Shown piece after piece: positions 22,417 through 31,800 of a stretch of DNA of 37,874 nucleotides (positions within the stretch are counted from its first letter, which is position 1; every line of letters begins with the position of its first letter). Made by a program: the position numbers and the translations under genes. Origin of the DNA: Alphaproteobacteria bacterium (lineage in GTDB: Bacteria > Pseudomonadota > Alphaproteobacteria > CACIAM-22H2); NCBI GenBank assembly GCA_044359885.1, contig JBIKLI010000003.1, positions 1-37,874 on the forward strand, given 5' to 3'. The notes under the pieces were generated by a model. That model saw only the letters and a list, made by a program, of their open reading frames with translations. It did no database searches and was not told the origin of the DNA.

Positions 22417-23490
22417 ATGGTCCTGGCCTTCGCCAAATCCGGCGCCGCAGCCGCTGCGCTCGCAACCCTTGTCCTCGCCCAGGCGTCGCCCGCCGCGGCG
22501 CAGGACAGCTGCCCCAACCGCGGCCAGCTCGACACGCTCTATTGCGATGCCGACGGCGATCTGGTCGCCGACGTGCCGCGCGACCCGGCGCGGCAACGCG
22601 ATCCGTCGACGCTGGTCTGGGCCTATACGCCCGTCGAGGACCCGGCGATCTACGCCAACATCTTCAAGCCCTTCACCGACCATCTCGCGCAATGCGTCGG
22701 CAAGCGCATCGTCTACTATCCGGTGCAGTCGAACTCGGCCGAGATCGAGGCGATGCGCTCGGGCCGGCTGCATTTCGCCGGCTTCTCGACCGGTCCGACG
22801 GGTTTCGCGGTCAACATGGCGGGGGCCGTGCCCTTCGCGGCGAAGGGCACCGCCGATTCGGTCCGCGGCTACAACCTGCTCGCTGTCGTGAAGGCCTCGA
22901 GCCCGTTCCAGAAGCTCGCCGACCTCAAGGATCGCAAGGTCGCGCATACCTCGCCCTCGTCCAACTCCGGCAACCTCGCGCCGCGCGTCCTGTTCCCGGA
23001 CCAGGGGCTGCGGCCCGACACGGATTACCGCCCGCTGATGTCCGGAGGCCACGACAAGTCGATCCTGGGCGTCGCCTCGGGCGACTACGACATGGCCGCG
23101 GTCGCGTCGGACGTCTTCGAGCGCATGGCGACGCGCGGCACGATCAAGGCCGCCGAGTTCCGCGAGATCTATCGCAGCCCGGTCTTCCCGACCTCGTCCT
23201 TCGCCCATGCCCATGATCTCAAGCCCGAGCTGGCAAGGAAGCTGAGGGACTGCTTCTACGCCTTCCGCTTCCCGGCGGAGATGCAGAAGGAGTTCAACGG
23301 CGACGACCGCTTCTTCCCGATTTCCTACCAGAAGGATTGGGCGGTGGTACGCGAGGTCGCCGAGAAATCCGGCACGCCCTACAACAAGGCCGCCTTCGAG
23401 GCGGAGTCCCGGCGCGAGGCCGAGGCCGCCGCGCGCGCCCAGCAGCAGCGCCAGCAACAACAGCAGCAACAGCAGCAACCGGCGCGCTGA
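22417..23490 (+). CDS. Phosphate/phosphite/phosphonate-family ABC substrate-binding protein, copy 1
   Basis: Signal peptide ending AAAQ; [18 protein letters not shown] and GGHDKS; GAGGGAG RBS; poly-Gln tail. Confidence 0.9.
   Translation: MVLAFAKSGAAAAALATLVLAQASPAAAQDSCPNRGQLDTLYCDADGDLVADVPRDPARQRDPSTLVWAYTPVEDPAIYANIFKPFTDHLAQCVGKRIVYYPVQSNSAEIEAMRSGRLHFAGFSTGPTGFAVNMAGAVPFAAKGTADSVRGYNLLAVVKASSPFQKLADLKDRKVAHTSPSSNSGNLAPRVLFPDQGLRPDTDYRPLMSGGHDKSILGVASGDYDMAAVASDVFERMATRGTIKAAEFREIYRSPVFPTSSFAHAHDLKPELARKLRDCFYAFRFPAEMQKEFNGDDRFFPISYQKDWAVVREVAEKSGTPYNKAAFEAESRREAEAAARAQQQRQQQQQQQQQPAR
23440..23478 (+). repeat. CAG/CAA trinucleotide tract encoding QQQRQ9
   Basis: Read directly from the sequence. 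Confidence 0.9.
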
Positions 23491-23519
23491 ACGCGACACA
23501 GGTCGCCAAGGAGGACCCC

Positions 23520-24590
23520 ATGCATCGCTTCGTGACCCTGGCGGCGCTCGCCGCCGCTTTCCTGCTCGGCGGCACGGTTCCCGCGGCCGCCCAGGACAGC
23601 TGTCCCAATCGCGGCCAGCTCGACACGCTCTATTGCGACGCCGATGGCGATCTGGTCGCCGACCTGCCCCGCGACCCCGCGCGGCACAAGGATCCCTCGG
23701 CGCTGATCTTCGCCTATTCGCCGACCGAGAACCCGGCGGTCTATCAGCATGTCTACGGACCGCTGATGGACCATCTGGGTCGCTGCACCGGCAAGCGCAT
23801 GGTCTATTTCCCGGTGCAGTCGAACACGGCGCAGATCGAGGCCTTCCGCGCCGGACGGCTGCATATCGCCCTGCTGGCGACGGGCGCGGTCGGCTTCGCG
23901 GTCAACCTCGCGGGCGCGGTGCCGTTCGTCGTCGTCGGCTCCGAACGCGGCCCGGCGGGCTATCAGCTCTATGCGATCGTGAAGGCGGACTCGCCGTTCC
24001 GGACGCTGGCCGATCTCAAGGGCCGGAAGGTCGCGCATGTCTCGCCGTCCTCCAACTCGGGCAATCTCGCCCCGCGCGTGATGTTCCCGGAGAACGGGCT
24101 CAAGCCGGACGAGGACTACAGGCCGCTGATGTCCGGCGGCCATGACAAGTCGATCATCGGCGTGTCGCTGGGCGACTACGACATGGCGCCGGTCGCCTCC
24201 GACATCTTCGACCGCATGACCGCGCGCGGCCAGGTCAAGGCCGAGCAGTTCCGCATCATCTGGAAGAGCGACGTCTTCCCGACCTCGTCCTATTCGATGG
24301 CCCACGACCTGAAGCCCGAGTTGCAGGCGAAGATCCGGGAGTGTTTCCTCAACTTCGCCTTCAACGAGGAGATCAAGAAGGAATACCAGGGCGAGGACCG
24401 CTTCCTGCCGATGACCTACAAGGAAACCTGGCGGCCGATCCGCGAGGTCGCGGAGAAATCCGGCACGCCCTACAACCGCGCCGCCTACGACGCGGTCGCC
24501 AAGCGCGAGGCCGACGCCGCCGCGCAGCGCGCCCAGCAACAGCAACAGCAGCAACAGCAGCAGCAGCAGCAGACGCCGCCCCGGCAATGA
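23520..24590 (+). CDS. Phosphate/phosphite/phosphonate-family ABC substrate-binding protein, copy 2 (tandem paralog)
   Basis: AGGAGG RBS and start MHRFVTL. Mature N-terminus [24 protein letters not shown] is identical to copy 1. Confidence 0.9.
   Translation: MHRFVTLAALAAAFLLGGTVPAAAQDSCPNRGQLDTLYCDADGDLVADLPRDPARHKDPSALIFAYSPTENPAVYQHVYGPLMDHLGRCTGKRMVYFPVQSNTAQIEAFRAGRLHIALLATGAVGFAVNLAGAVPFVVVGSERGPAGYQLYAIVKADSPFRTLADLKGRKVAHVSPSSNSGNLAPRVMFPENGLKPDEDYRPLMSGGHDKSIIGVSLGDYDMAPVASDIFDRMTARGQVKAEQFRIIWKSDVFPTSSYSMAHDLKPELQAKIRECFLNFAFNEEIKKEYQGEDRFLPMTYKETWRPIREVAEKSGTPYNRAAYDAVAKREADAAAQRAQQQQQQQQQQQQQTPPRQ
24534..24572 (+). repeat. CAG/CAA trinucleotide tract encoding Q13
   Basis: Read directly from the sequence. 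Confidence 0.9.
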
Positions 24591-25348
24591 CCGCCGCCCT
24601 CGTCATCCGCGGCCTGCGCAAGGAGTACCGGGCCGGCGTCCCGGTGCTGCGCGACGTGTCGCTCGAGATCGGCGGCACCGGGATGACGGCGGTCATCGGT
24701 CCCTCGGGAACCGGGAAATCGACGCTGATCCGCTGCATCAACCGCCTCGTCGATCCGACGGCGGGCGAGATCCTGTTCGGCGGCCAGGATCTCGCCCGGC
24801 TGCGCGGCCGCGCGCTGCGCGAGGCGCGGCGTCGCATCGGGATGGTGTTCCAGGAATACAATCTGGTCGAGCGGCTCTCGGTGATCGAGAACCTGCTCTG
24901 CGGCCGGCTCGGCTACGTGCCGGTCTGGCGAGCCTGGCTGCGGCGCTTCCCGGCCGCCGACGTGGCGCGCGCCTTCGAACTGCTCGACGCGGTCGGGCTG
25001 GGAGAATACGCGACCCGGCGCGCCGACGCCCTGTCGGGCGGCCAGCGCCAGCGCGTCGGCATCGCCCGCGCGATCATGCAGGACCCCGAGCTGGTCCTCG
25101 CCGACGAGCCGACCTCCTCGCTCGACCCCAAGACGTCGGTGGAGATCATGGATCTGCTCGCCGGCCTCGCGCGCGCGCGCGGCATCCCGGTCGTCGTCAA
25201 CATCCACAATGTCGACCTCGCACGCCGTTTCGCGCAACGGATCGTCGGCATGTCCGCGGGGGCGATCGTCTTCGACGGACCGCCGTCGCAGCTGCAGGAA
25301 AGCCATCTGCTGGCGATCTACGGCGGCAAGGGATGGCTCGACACGTGA
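24587..25348 (+). CDS. phnC: PhnC-like ABC transporter ATP-binding protein
   Basis: [27 protein letters not shown] and [18 protein letters not shown] overlap with the upstream gene. Confidence 0.9.
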   Translation: MTAALVIRGLRKEYRAGVPVLRDVSLEIGGTGMTAVIGPSGTGKSTLIRCINRLVDPTAGEILFGGQDLARLRGRALREARRRIGMVFQEYNLVERLSVIENLLCGRLGYVPVWRAWLRRFPAADVARAFELLDAVGLGEYATRRADALSGGQRQRVGIARAIMQDPELVLADEPTSSLDPKTSVEIMDLLAGLARARGIPVVVNIHNVDLARRFAQRIVGMSAGAIVFDGPPSQLQESHLLAIYGGKGWLDT

Positions 25349-26133
25349 GCGCGCGCGCCGTCCGCACCCCCTTTCCGGCGAACTGGACCGCGCGCCTGCT
25401 CTGGACGGCGCTGGCGCTCTACGTCGTCTATGCCTGCGGCATCATCGACGTCTCCTGGGACCGTTTCCTGCGCGGTCTCGACAACGGCGCCCGGTTCCTC
25501 GGCCGGATGTTCCCGCCCGATTTCTCGCGCCAGAAGATGGAACTCCTGCGCGAAGGCATGATCGAGAGCATGCAGATCGCCGTGCTGTCGACCGCGGTCG
25601 GCGTCCTGCTTTCCCTGCCGCTCGGCCTGCTCGCCGCGCGCAACCTGATGCCGGCCTGGGTCTCGTGGACGGCGCGCGCCGCGATCGCGCTGTTCCGGTC
25701 CTTTCACCCGGTGATCACCGCGATCCTCTTCGTGAAGGCCGTCGGCTTCGGCGCGCTCGCCGGGGTGCTGGCGCTGATCGTGGCCTCGATGGGCTTCATC
25801 TCGAAGCTCTTCGCCGAGGCGATCGAAGAGATGGACCTGAAGCAGGTGGAAGCGGTCCGCGCCACCGGCGCCGGTTTCTTCAACGTCCTGATCATGGGCG
25901 TGTTCCCCCAGGTCATCGCGCGCTTCATCGGTTTCAGCGTCTACCAGCTCGATTCGAACCTGCGGAACTCGACCATGGTCGGGATCGTCGGCGGGGGCGG
26001 CATCGGAGCGACGCTGTTCACCGCCTACCAGCGCTTCGACTACGATTTCGTCCTGACCATCCTGCTCGCGATCATCGCCGTCATCATGGTCGCAGAGGTC
26101 GTGTCCGGGCAGCTGCGCAAGGCCTTCCAGTGA
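25345..26133 (+). CDS. phnE: PhnE-like ABC permease 1
   Basis: [23 protein letters not shown] and [21 protein letters not shown] overlap. Confidence 0.88.
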   Translation: MSARAVRTPFPANWTARLLWTALALYVVYACGIIDVSWDRFLRGLDNGARFLGRMFPPDFSRQKMELLREGMIESMQIAVLSTAVGVLLSLPLGLLAARNLMPAWVSWTARAAIALFRSFHPVITAILFVKAVGFGALAGVLALIVASMGFISKLFAEAIEEMDLKQVEAVRATGAGFFNVLIMGVFPQVIARFIGFSVYQLDSNLRNSTMVGIVGGGGIGATLFTAYQRFDYDFVLTILLAIIAVIMVAEVVSGQLRKAFQ

Positions 26134-26933
26134 CCGAGACCGACCGCCTGCGGCGCTGGCGGCGCTTCACGACCGGCCAGCGGATCGGCCGCGCGCTGAC
26201 CTACATCCTGTCGGTGGTCGCGATCGTCTGGTCGCTGCGCACGATCGAGGTCATCCCCGAATTCCTCTACGACGCGCCCGAGCAGACCGCGGATCTGTTC
26301 CGCCGCATGTGGCCGATCGACTGGTCGTTCTGGCGCAGCATGGTCGCCGACGCGCTGGTCGAGACCTTCCATACCGCGACGCTGGGGACGATCATCGCCC
26401 TCGTCCTGTCCGTGCCCGTGGCCCTGCTGGCGGCGCGCAACGTCACGCCCTCGCCGACGCTCAACCTCGTCGCCAAGTTCATCCTGGTCGCGTCGCGTTC
26501 GGTCAATTCGCTGATCTGGGCGCTGCTCTTCGTCGCGATCTTCGGGCCGGGCGCGCTGGCCGGCACGCTCGCCATCGCCTTCCGCTCGATCGGCTTCATC
26601 GGCAAGCTGCTCGCCGAGGCCATCGAGGAGGCGCAGCGCGGACCGCTCGAAGCCCTGACCGCGGCCGGCGCGCCGCGCAGCGCGATCCTGCTCAAGGGCT
26701 ATTGGCCACAGGTCGAGCCCAGCTTCTGGTCGGTGGCGCTGTTCCGCTGGGACATCAATATACGGGAATCCGCGGTCCTCGGGCTGGTGGGTGCGGGCGG
26801 CATCGGCGTGGCGCTCGATACCGCGCTCAACAACCTGTACTGGGATCAGGTCGGGCTGTGCCTGCTGGTCATCTTCCTGGTCGTGATCGCGACCGAGATC
26901 GCGACCTCCGCCATCCGCAGCCGCATCATCTGA
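26130..26933 (+). CDS. phnE: PhnE-like ABC permease 2
   Basis: GKLLAEAIEE and RWDINIRESAVLGLVGAGGIG. GTGA overlap. Confidence 0.88.
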   Translation: MTETDRLRRWRRFTTGQRIGRALTYILSVVAIVWSLRTIEVIPEFLYDAPEQTADLFRRMWPIDWSFWRSMVADALVETFHTATLGTIIALVLSVPVALLAARNVTPSPTLNLVAKFILVASRSVNSLIWALLFVAIFGPGALAGTLAIAFRSIGFIGKLLAEAIEEAQRGPLEALTAAGAPRSAILLKGYWPQVEPSFWSVALFRWDINIRESAVLGLVGAGGIGVALDTALNNLYWDQVGLCLLVIFLVVIATEIATSAIRSRII

Positions 26934-26934
26934 T

Positions 26935-27001
26935 CCGCGCAAAAACGGATCCGGACAGATGTTTCCGCCCGGAATTGTTGTCTGGGTCCGATTTCGCGCG
27001 G
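26935..27001. terminator. Long imperfect hairpin between convergent genes (bidirectional terminator or REP-like element)
   Basis: 23-nt arms 26935-26957 and 26979-27001 pair with two G-U pairs and two mismatches. Inner TTCCG-cc-CGGAA repeat. Confidence 0.55.
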
Positions 27002-27008
27002 CCCATGC

Positions 27009-27764
27009 TCAGGCGACGACGCGCTCCACGTTCACGGCGCGGCAATCCATCTCGTAGTCGAGGCCGTCGACAGGCGGGCGGTTGAGATGCCAGGTCACCC
27101 CGTGGCGCATCGCGCCGCGGCGGGCAAGCTCGCCGGCCAGGAAGGGGTGGATGTCGTGGACGGTATAGACCTGGGTCGCGGTCGTGTCGGCCCAACCGGC
27201 GCCGAGCGCGGCAAGCCGGCGCTCCATCTCGCCAAGAACGAACACGGCCTTGGCGCGCATCCCCGCCGGGCTCGTGTCGCCGCGGGCGACCGTGTGGTCG
27301 CGGTAGTTGCCCTTGCCCTCCGGCGCCTCGCCGCTGCCGGCGACGACGAAGGACGGGCCTTCCTCGCCCGAGGCGGGCATGGTGAAGGCGAAGGCGTGGA
27401 AGCTGGGCGATGCGGGTGGATCGATCGCCGGACAGGTGTTCGAGCGCGCCACCGGATTGATCCCGTCGCGATAGATTCCCCAGCGCGCCAGCGTGCCGCA
27501 ATAGAGCTCGTTGAAGGCCTTGAAGCCGGACTCGGTGAAGGGTGCGGGCGAATGCAGCTCGCAGGCGGCGAAGGCGGTGGTCGGCCGGCCCGCCGCCGCC
27601 AGCATCGCCGCGATCCGCGCGAAGCCTTCCTCCAGCGGCAATGGCCGCGCGAAGCGCACGCGCTCCAGCCGCCAGCCGGGCTCGGCCGCGACGCCGCCGG
27701 AGTACTGGAACACGCCCGGCATGTAGCGATAGCCGCCGGGCGCGAAGGCGATCGCGGCGCTCAT
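27009..27764 (-). CDS. CnbZ-like (2-amino-5-chloromuconate deaminase family) protein
   Basis: GGYRYMPGVFQYSGGVAA, ACELHSPAPF, NPVARSN.CP, FVVAGSGE, TQVYTVHD and RPPV.GLDYEMDCR, recognised from memory of the family. Substrate unproven. Confidence 0.72.
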   Translation of the reverse strand: MSAAIAFAPGGYRYMPGVFQYSGGVAAEPGWRLERVRFARPLPLEEGFARIAAMLAAAGRPTTAFAACELHSPAPFTESGFKAFNELYCGTLARWGIYRDGINPVARSNTCPAIDPPASPSFHAFAFTMPASGEEGPSFVVAGSGEAPEGKGNYRDHTVARGDTSPAGMRAKAVFVLGEMERRLAALGAGWADTTATQVYTVHDIHPFLAGELARRGAMRHGVTWHLNRPPVDGLDYEMDCRAVNVERVVA

Positions 27765-28531
27765 GTCTTGTAGTCCGGCTGTTCGCGGTCGAGCACGCGC
27801 ATCATCGCGTTGAAATGGACGATCTCGGCGCTGGGCTCGAGCCCGGGATCGCGGTTGCCGTAGCTGCGCAGCGCGGAATCCGGCACGGCGTGCAGCTCCT
27901 GGCCCATCTGCCGCGCCAGCACCGTGTACATCGACATCCGCTCGGCGAAGTAGAAATGGTCGTAGGCCTCCGCCACCGTCGCCCCCAGCGCCGTCATGCC
28001 ATGCATGGCGTGCAGGATGATGCGCTTGTCCGGACCGACGATCCGGATCAGCCGGTCGGCCTCGTCGTCGTTGACGGGCCCCTGCATCTCGTCGTCGTAG
28101 CAGACCAGCTTCGCCAGCCCCATCGCGATGCCGTGGGCGGTGCCGAGCCGCCCGCCCTTGACCAGCGAGATCGCGGTCGAATAGGGCGCATGGGCGTGAA
28201 GGACGCACTTCGCCCCCGGCAGGGCCTTGTGGAGCCGGCCATGCAGATAGAAGGCGACGGCGCGCACCTGGCCATGGCCGGCGAGGCGATTGCCCTTCTC
28301 GTCGACGACGATCAGGTTCGAGGCGGTGATCTCGCTGAAATGCAGTTCGCGCGGGTTGAGCAGGTAGCGGTCGGTGGCGCCCGGCACGATCATCGAGAAG
28401 TGGTTGGCGATGCCTTCGTTCCAGCCCAGCCGGTTGGCGAGGCGGAACGCGGCGGCCAGATGGACCCGGGCCTCCCATTCGGCGGCATCGGCGCCGTGGA
28501 GACGGTCGAGGGAACGCAGGATCGCGGTCAT
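27761..28531 (-). CDS. Class II aldolase/adducin family protein
   Basis: LAAAFR...EGIANHFS, LNP...FSEITASNL, and metal-binding LHAH and MHG. Confidence 0.9.
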   Translation of the reverse strand: MTAILRSLDRLHGADAAEWEARVHLAAAFRLANRLGWNEGIANHFSMIVPGATDRYLLNPRELHFSEITASNLIVVDEKGNRLAGHGQVRAVAFYLHGRLHKALPGAKCVLHAHAPYSTAISLVKGGRLGTAHGIAMGLAKLVCYDDEMQGPVNDDEADRLIRIVGPDKRIILHAMHGMTALGATVAEAYDHFYFAERMSMYTVLARQMGQELHAVPDSALRSYGNRDPGLEPSAEIVHFNAMMRVLDREQPDYKT

Positions 28532-28544
28532 CGTGATCCCCCCG

Positions 28545-28922
28545 TCAACGCGTCTCGGTATGGAAGGATTTCGAGATGACCCGCCAGCCTTCGGCCGTCT
28601 TGAGGCAGGTCAGGTAGTCGGTGAAGAAGCGCGGCGGGATGGCGCAGGCGACCTTCACGAAGGCCGTCGCGGGCCCCGAGAAATCGACCGAGAGGATGGC
28701 GTCGTGCCGCGGCAGGCCGAGCGACGCGGGCGACTGGCGGGCGCGCACGCGTTCCAGCCACAGGTCGCGCGGCACGTCCTGGACCGCGCCGTCGGCGACG
28801 GAATAGAGGTGGCTGGCGGGATGGAAGGCGGCGGCGAGCTTGTCGACATCGCCGGCATGCAGTCCGTCCAGATAGGTACCGACCAGGGTCTTGATCTGAT
28901 CGAGGTCGCTGCCGAGCGTCAT
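28545..28922 (-). CDS. NTF2-like (lumazine-binding-2 type) protein
   Basis: 125 aa; YLDGLH.GD...L..AFHP, FTDYL and WRVISKSF. GGGGAG RBS. Confidence 0.85.
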   Translation of the reverse strand: MTLGSDLDQIKTLVGTYLDGLHAGDVDKLAAAFHPASHLYSVADGAVQDVPRDLWLERVRARQSPASLGLPRHDAILSVDFSGPATAFVKVACAIPPRFFTDYLTCLKTAEGWRVISKSFHTETR

Positions 28923-29016
28923 GGGTTCTCCCCGCGTTGAGACATTTCCACGGCAGACCATAGCCGCGCGGCATCCGGGACCCAAGCGCGGCGCGTCTGC
29001 CTGCCTGCGGCGCGGC

Positions 29017-29937
29017 CTAGGATCGGCCGGTCTTCGGCGCCCTGCCGCCGCGCGGCCGGGCCTCCTGCCACGCCATCATCCCGCCCGCGGCGACAATGAC
29101 CGCCGCGCCGAGCCACACGAAGGCGTCCGGAACCTCGCCGAAGACGATCAGGCCGAACAGCGAGGAGCCGACGATCTGCCAGTAGTTGAAGGGCGCGATC
29201 AGGCTGGCCTCCGCATGCTGCATGGCCCGGGCGATGCAGTAGTGCCCCAGTCCGCCGAGCACTCCCAGCCCGGACATGACGACGATGTCGAAGGCCGTGG
29301 CGGGCGTCTTCCACACGAAGGGCAGGAGCAGCGCCATCGCCAGGGTGCCGATCAGGGCGCTGTAGACCACCGAGGTCTCGGCGGTATCCTTGTCGGCGAC
29401 GAAGCGGGTGCAGACCTGGTAGGCGGCATAGAAGAACGAACTGCCGAGCGGCAGCAGGTCCGCCCATTGGAAGGCCGACGATCCCGGCCGGATGACGATG
29501 ACCGCCCCGAGGAACCCCAGCCCGACGGCGGCGAGACGCGCCGCGGACAGGCTTTCTCCCAGCAGGCGCCACGCCATCACCGTGACGATGAACGGCGCGA
29601 CGAACTGGATCGTCGCCGCCTTGCCCAGATCGATGTACTTCACCGCCGTGAAGAAGCAGATCGTCGACAGCAGCAGCAGCAGCGAGCGTGCGAACTGCAG
29701 GCCCGGCCGGCGCGTGCGGAAGATCGTCCAGCCCCGCCGCGGCGCGAACAGCGCCAGCACGAAGAGCAGATGGGTGGCGTTGCGCGCCCAGATGATCTGC
29801 TCCGACGTGTAGTCGGCGCTGAGCATCTTCACGAAGCCGTTCATGATCGGGAACAGCGTCGCCGACCCGAGCATGAACAGGATGCCGATCGCCGGACGGG
29901 GCACGAAGCCCGGCCGGTAGGGGCCCGGTTCAGACAC
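29017..29937 (-). CDS. DMT/EamA family transporter
   Basis: About 10 TM segments; LLGE, GFLGAVIVIRPG, ASLIAPFNY and FGEVPD. GTG start overlaps the upstream stop. Confidence 0.88.
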   Translation of the reverse strand: MSEPGPYRPGFVPRPAIGILFMLGSATLFPIMNGFVKMLSADYTSEQIIWARNATHLLFVLALFAPRRGWTIFRTRRPGLQFARSLLLLLSTICFFTAVKYIDLGKAATIQFVAPFIVTVMAWRLLGESLSAARLAAVGLGFLGAVIVIRPGSSAFQWADLLPLGSSFFYAAYQVCTRFVADKDTAETSVVYSALIGTLAMALLLPFVWKTPATAFDIVVMSGLGVLGGLGHYCIARAMQHAEASLIAPFNYWQIVGSSLFGLIVFGEVPDAFVWLGAAVIVAAGGMMAWQEARPRGGRAPKTGRS

Positions 29938-31462
29938 GCTCGAAGCGCCATCGGCGCGAACGATTGCCCGACAGCACGAAGCCCGTGCCGTCGAAGCGCA
30001 GGGCCGGACGCTGGCGCCACGGGCCGTTGGCCGGGGTCGCGGCGGCATAGCTGCCCGCGATCCCCGGGCGCAGCGCCTGCCAGGCGGCCGGCACCGGCCC
30101 GCCACCCCAGCTGATCGCGAGGTCGTCGCCCCGCATCGCGACCTCGTGCGTCGCGTCGAGGGCCGCGCATCGATACCGGCCCGCGCGCGCCGCCTCCGCG
30201 ACGCCGTCGGCGCGCCGCCAGAGCCGCGCCGGAGCGCCGCCGATCGCGGCCTCGATCTGGGCTGCGCCGGCATCGACCGGCTGGATGCGGATCGGCAGAT
30301 GCGGCGCATCGCTCTCCCAGGCACCGCCGGCGCCGACGTAGAGCCGTTCCTCCGCGCCGAGAAAGGCGGCACTCGGCCCGGCCGCGCCATGCGCCAGTTC
30401 CAGCGTGTCGCCGGTCTGCGGATCGACGAACAGCCCGGCCGGGACGCTCGCCGGCGCGCGGCGGCCCGCATCGATCCCGCTGGCCGCGGCGAGCAGCGCC
30501 ACCGCCAGGGCCTGGGCCTGGGTCTCCTCGCGGTTGCTCGTCACCAGCGCTCCCCGTCCGGTCGCGGGATCGACCAGCACATGGTTCCTGTAGCCGGGCA
30601 GGCTGCCGCCATGCCCGACCATCACCCGGTCGCCCAGACGATGGAGGGTGAGGCCATGCGCGTAGCCGGTCACGGTTCCGTCGGCCAGCCGGCCGGGTTC
30701 GGCGAGCCGCGCCAGCAATCCTGCCAGCGCCCCGGTGCCCGCCGCCATCGCGTGCATCCAGCGCGCCAGATCCGCCGGACTCGCCACCATCCCGCCGGAG
30801 GCCGAGTAGTGCAGGCCGTAGCTGCCGCGCCTTGGCGCGCCGTCCTTGTGCCAATAGCCGGCGGCAAGCCCGGGGACGACGACGCTCTGGTCCTCGACCA
30901 GCGCGAAGCTGGCGAGGCCCAGCGGCGCGAAGAAGGCGTCGCGCAGCCAGCCGGCGATCCCGGTGCCGGCGTTGCGCTCGATGGCGCGCTGGAGCAGCCG
31001 GTAATTGGTGTTGGAATAGGAGATCTCGCTGCCCGCCGGAAAATTGAGATGACCGAGCCGGCGGGACAGGCCGTGCAATCGCTCGGCGTCGAGCGCCGGC
31101 GATCCCGGCACCCCGGCGAGGCCCAGCGTCTCGGCGAGGTCGGGAATGCCGCTGGTCATGGTCATCGCGCGGGCGGCGGTCGTCGCGGCGACCGGCCCCT
31201 GGAGGTCGGGCAGCCACGAACCGAGCGTCCGTCCCGCGTCCAGTCCCTGCGCGAAGAACGCGGCCGCCGTCACATGCTTCGACACCGAGGCCAGCCGCGT
31301 CGGCGTGTCGAGCGTCCAGGCGCGGCGCGATTCGATGTCTGCGAGCCCGAGGCACCAATGGCGCTCGATCCGCCCGCCGGCGAAGAGCGCGATCACGCCG
31401 CCGGCGGCGTCCGGACCCGTCCAGTCGCGGGTCGCGCCCGCGACGATGTCGTCGACCGTCAT
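29930..31462 (-). CDS. Serine hydrolase of the beta-lactamase/penicillin-binding family (D-aminopeptidase-like)
   Basis: SxxK (ASVSK), YxN (SYSNTNY) and HGG motifs, plus a C-terminal extension of roughly 170 aa. ATGA overlap. Confidence 0.87.
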   Translation of the reverse strand: MTVDDIVAGATRDWTGPDAAGGVIALFAGGRIERHWCLGLADIESRRAWTLDTPTRLASVSKHVTAAAFFAQGLDAGRTLGSWLPDLQGPVAATTAARAMTMTSGIPDLAETLGLAGVPGSPALDAERLHGLSRRLGHLNFPAGSEISYSNTNYRLLQRAIERNAGTGIAGWLRDAFFAPLGLASFALVEDQSVVVPGLAAGYWHKDGAPRRGSYGLHYSASGGMVASPADLARWMHAMAAGTGALAGLLARLAEPGRLADGTVTGYAHGLTLHRLGDRVMVGHGGSLPGYRNHVLVDPATGRGALVTSNREETQAQALAVALLAAASGIDAGRRAPASVPAGLFVDPQTGDTLELAHGAAGPSAAFLGAEERLYVGAGGAWESDAPHLPIRIQPVDAGAAQIEAAIGGAPARLWRRADGVAEAARAGRYRCAALDATHEVAMRGDDLAISWGGGPVPAAWQALRPGIAGSYAAATPANGPWRQRPALRFDGTGFVLSGNRSRRWRFERV

Positions 31463-31800
31463 CGTTCCTCCCTGTCGCCGGCGTCCGGCTCGATCACGGG
31501 CAGCGAAAGAGCCGCGAAGGACAGGCTCTTGCCATGGGAATCGAGCGCCAGCGAGGTGTTGACGCCGCCCTTCAGCGCGTGGCGGCAGACGAAATGCAGA
31601 CCGTCGAGCAGCGGCAGCTCCCAGCGCAGGATTTCGCCCGCGACGATGCCCGCGAGATGGGCGCGCAGACGATCGACCGTGGCGCTGGCCCGCAGCGCCG
31701 GATAGTCCGCGGCGCGATAGGCGAAGATCGACAAGGTCAGCGTGTCGCCCTTGTCGCCGGTGCGGGCATGGGCGATGTCGTGCAGTCGCCGGGGCGTCAT
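31459..31800 (-). CDS. AtuA-related small protein (C-terminal-domain-like partner of DUF1446)
   Basis: LHDIAHARTGDKGD and ALKGGVNTSLALDSHGKSLS. ATGA overlaps at both ends. Confidence 0.85.
   Translation of the reverse strand: MTPRRLHDIAHARTGDKGDTLTLSIFAYRAADYPALRASATVDRLRAHLAGIVAGEILRWELPLLDGLHFVCRHALKGGVNTSLALDSHGKSLSFAALSLPVIEPDAGDREER

Noticed and set aside
23379-24587. Minus-strand ORFs starting with poly-Leu or containing poly-Cys (signal-peptide-like)
   Set aside because: These are reverse-complement readings of the CAG/CAA tracts.
29930-31462. Beta-lactam resistance gene
   Set aside because: No signal peptide, an HGG rather than KTG motif, and a metabolic operon context point to a cytoplasmic amidase/peptidase.
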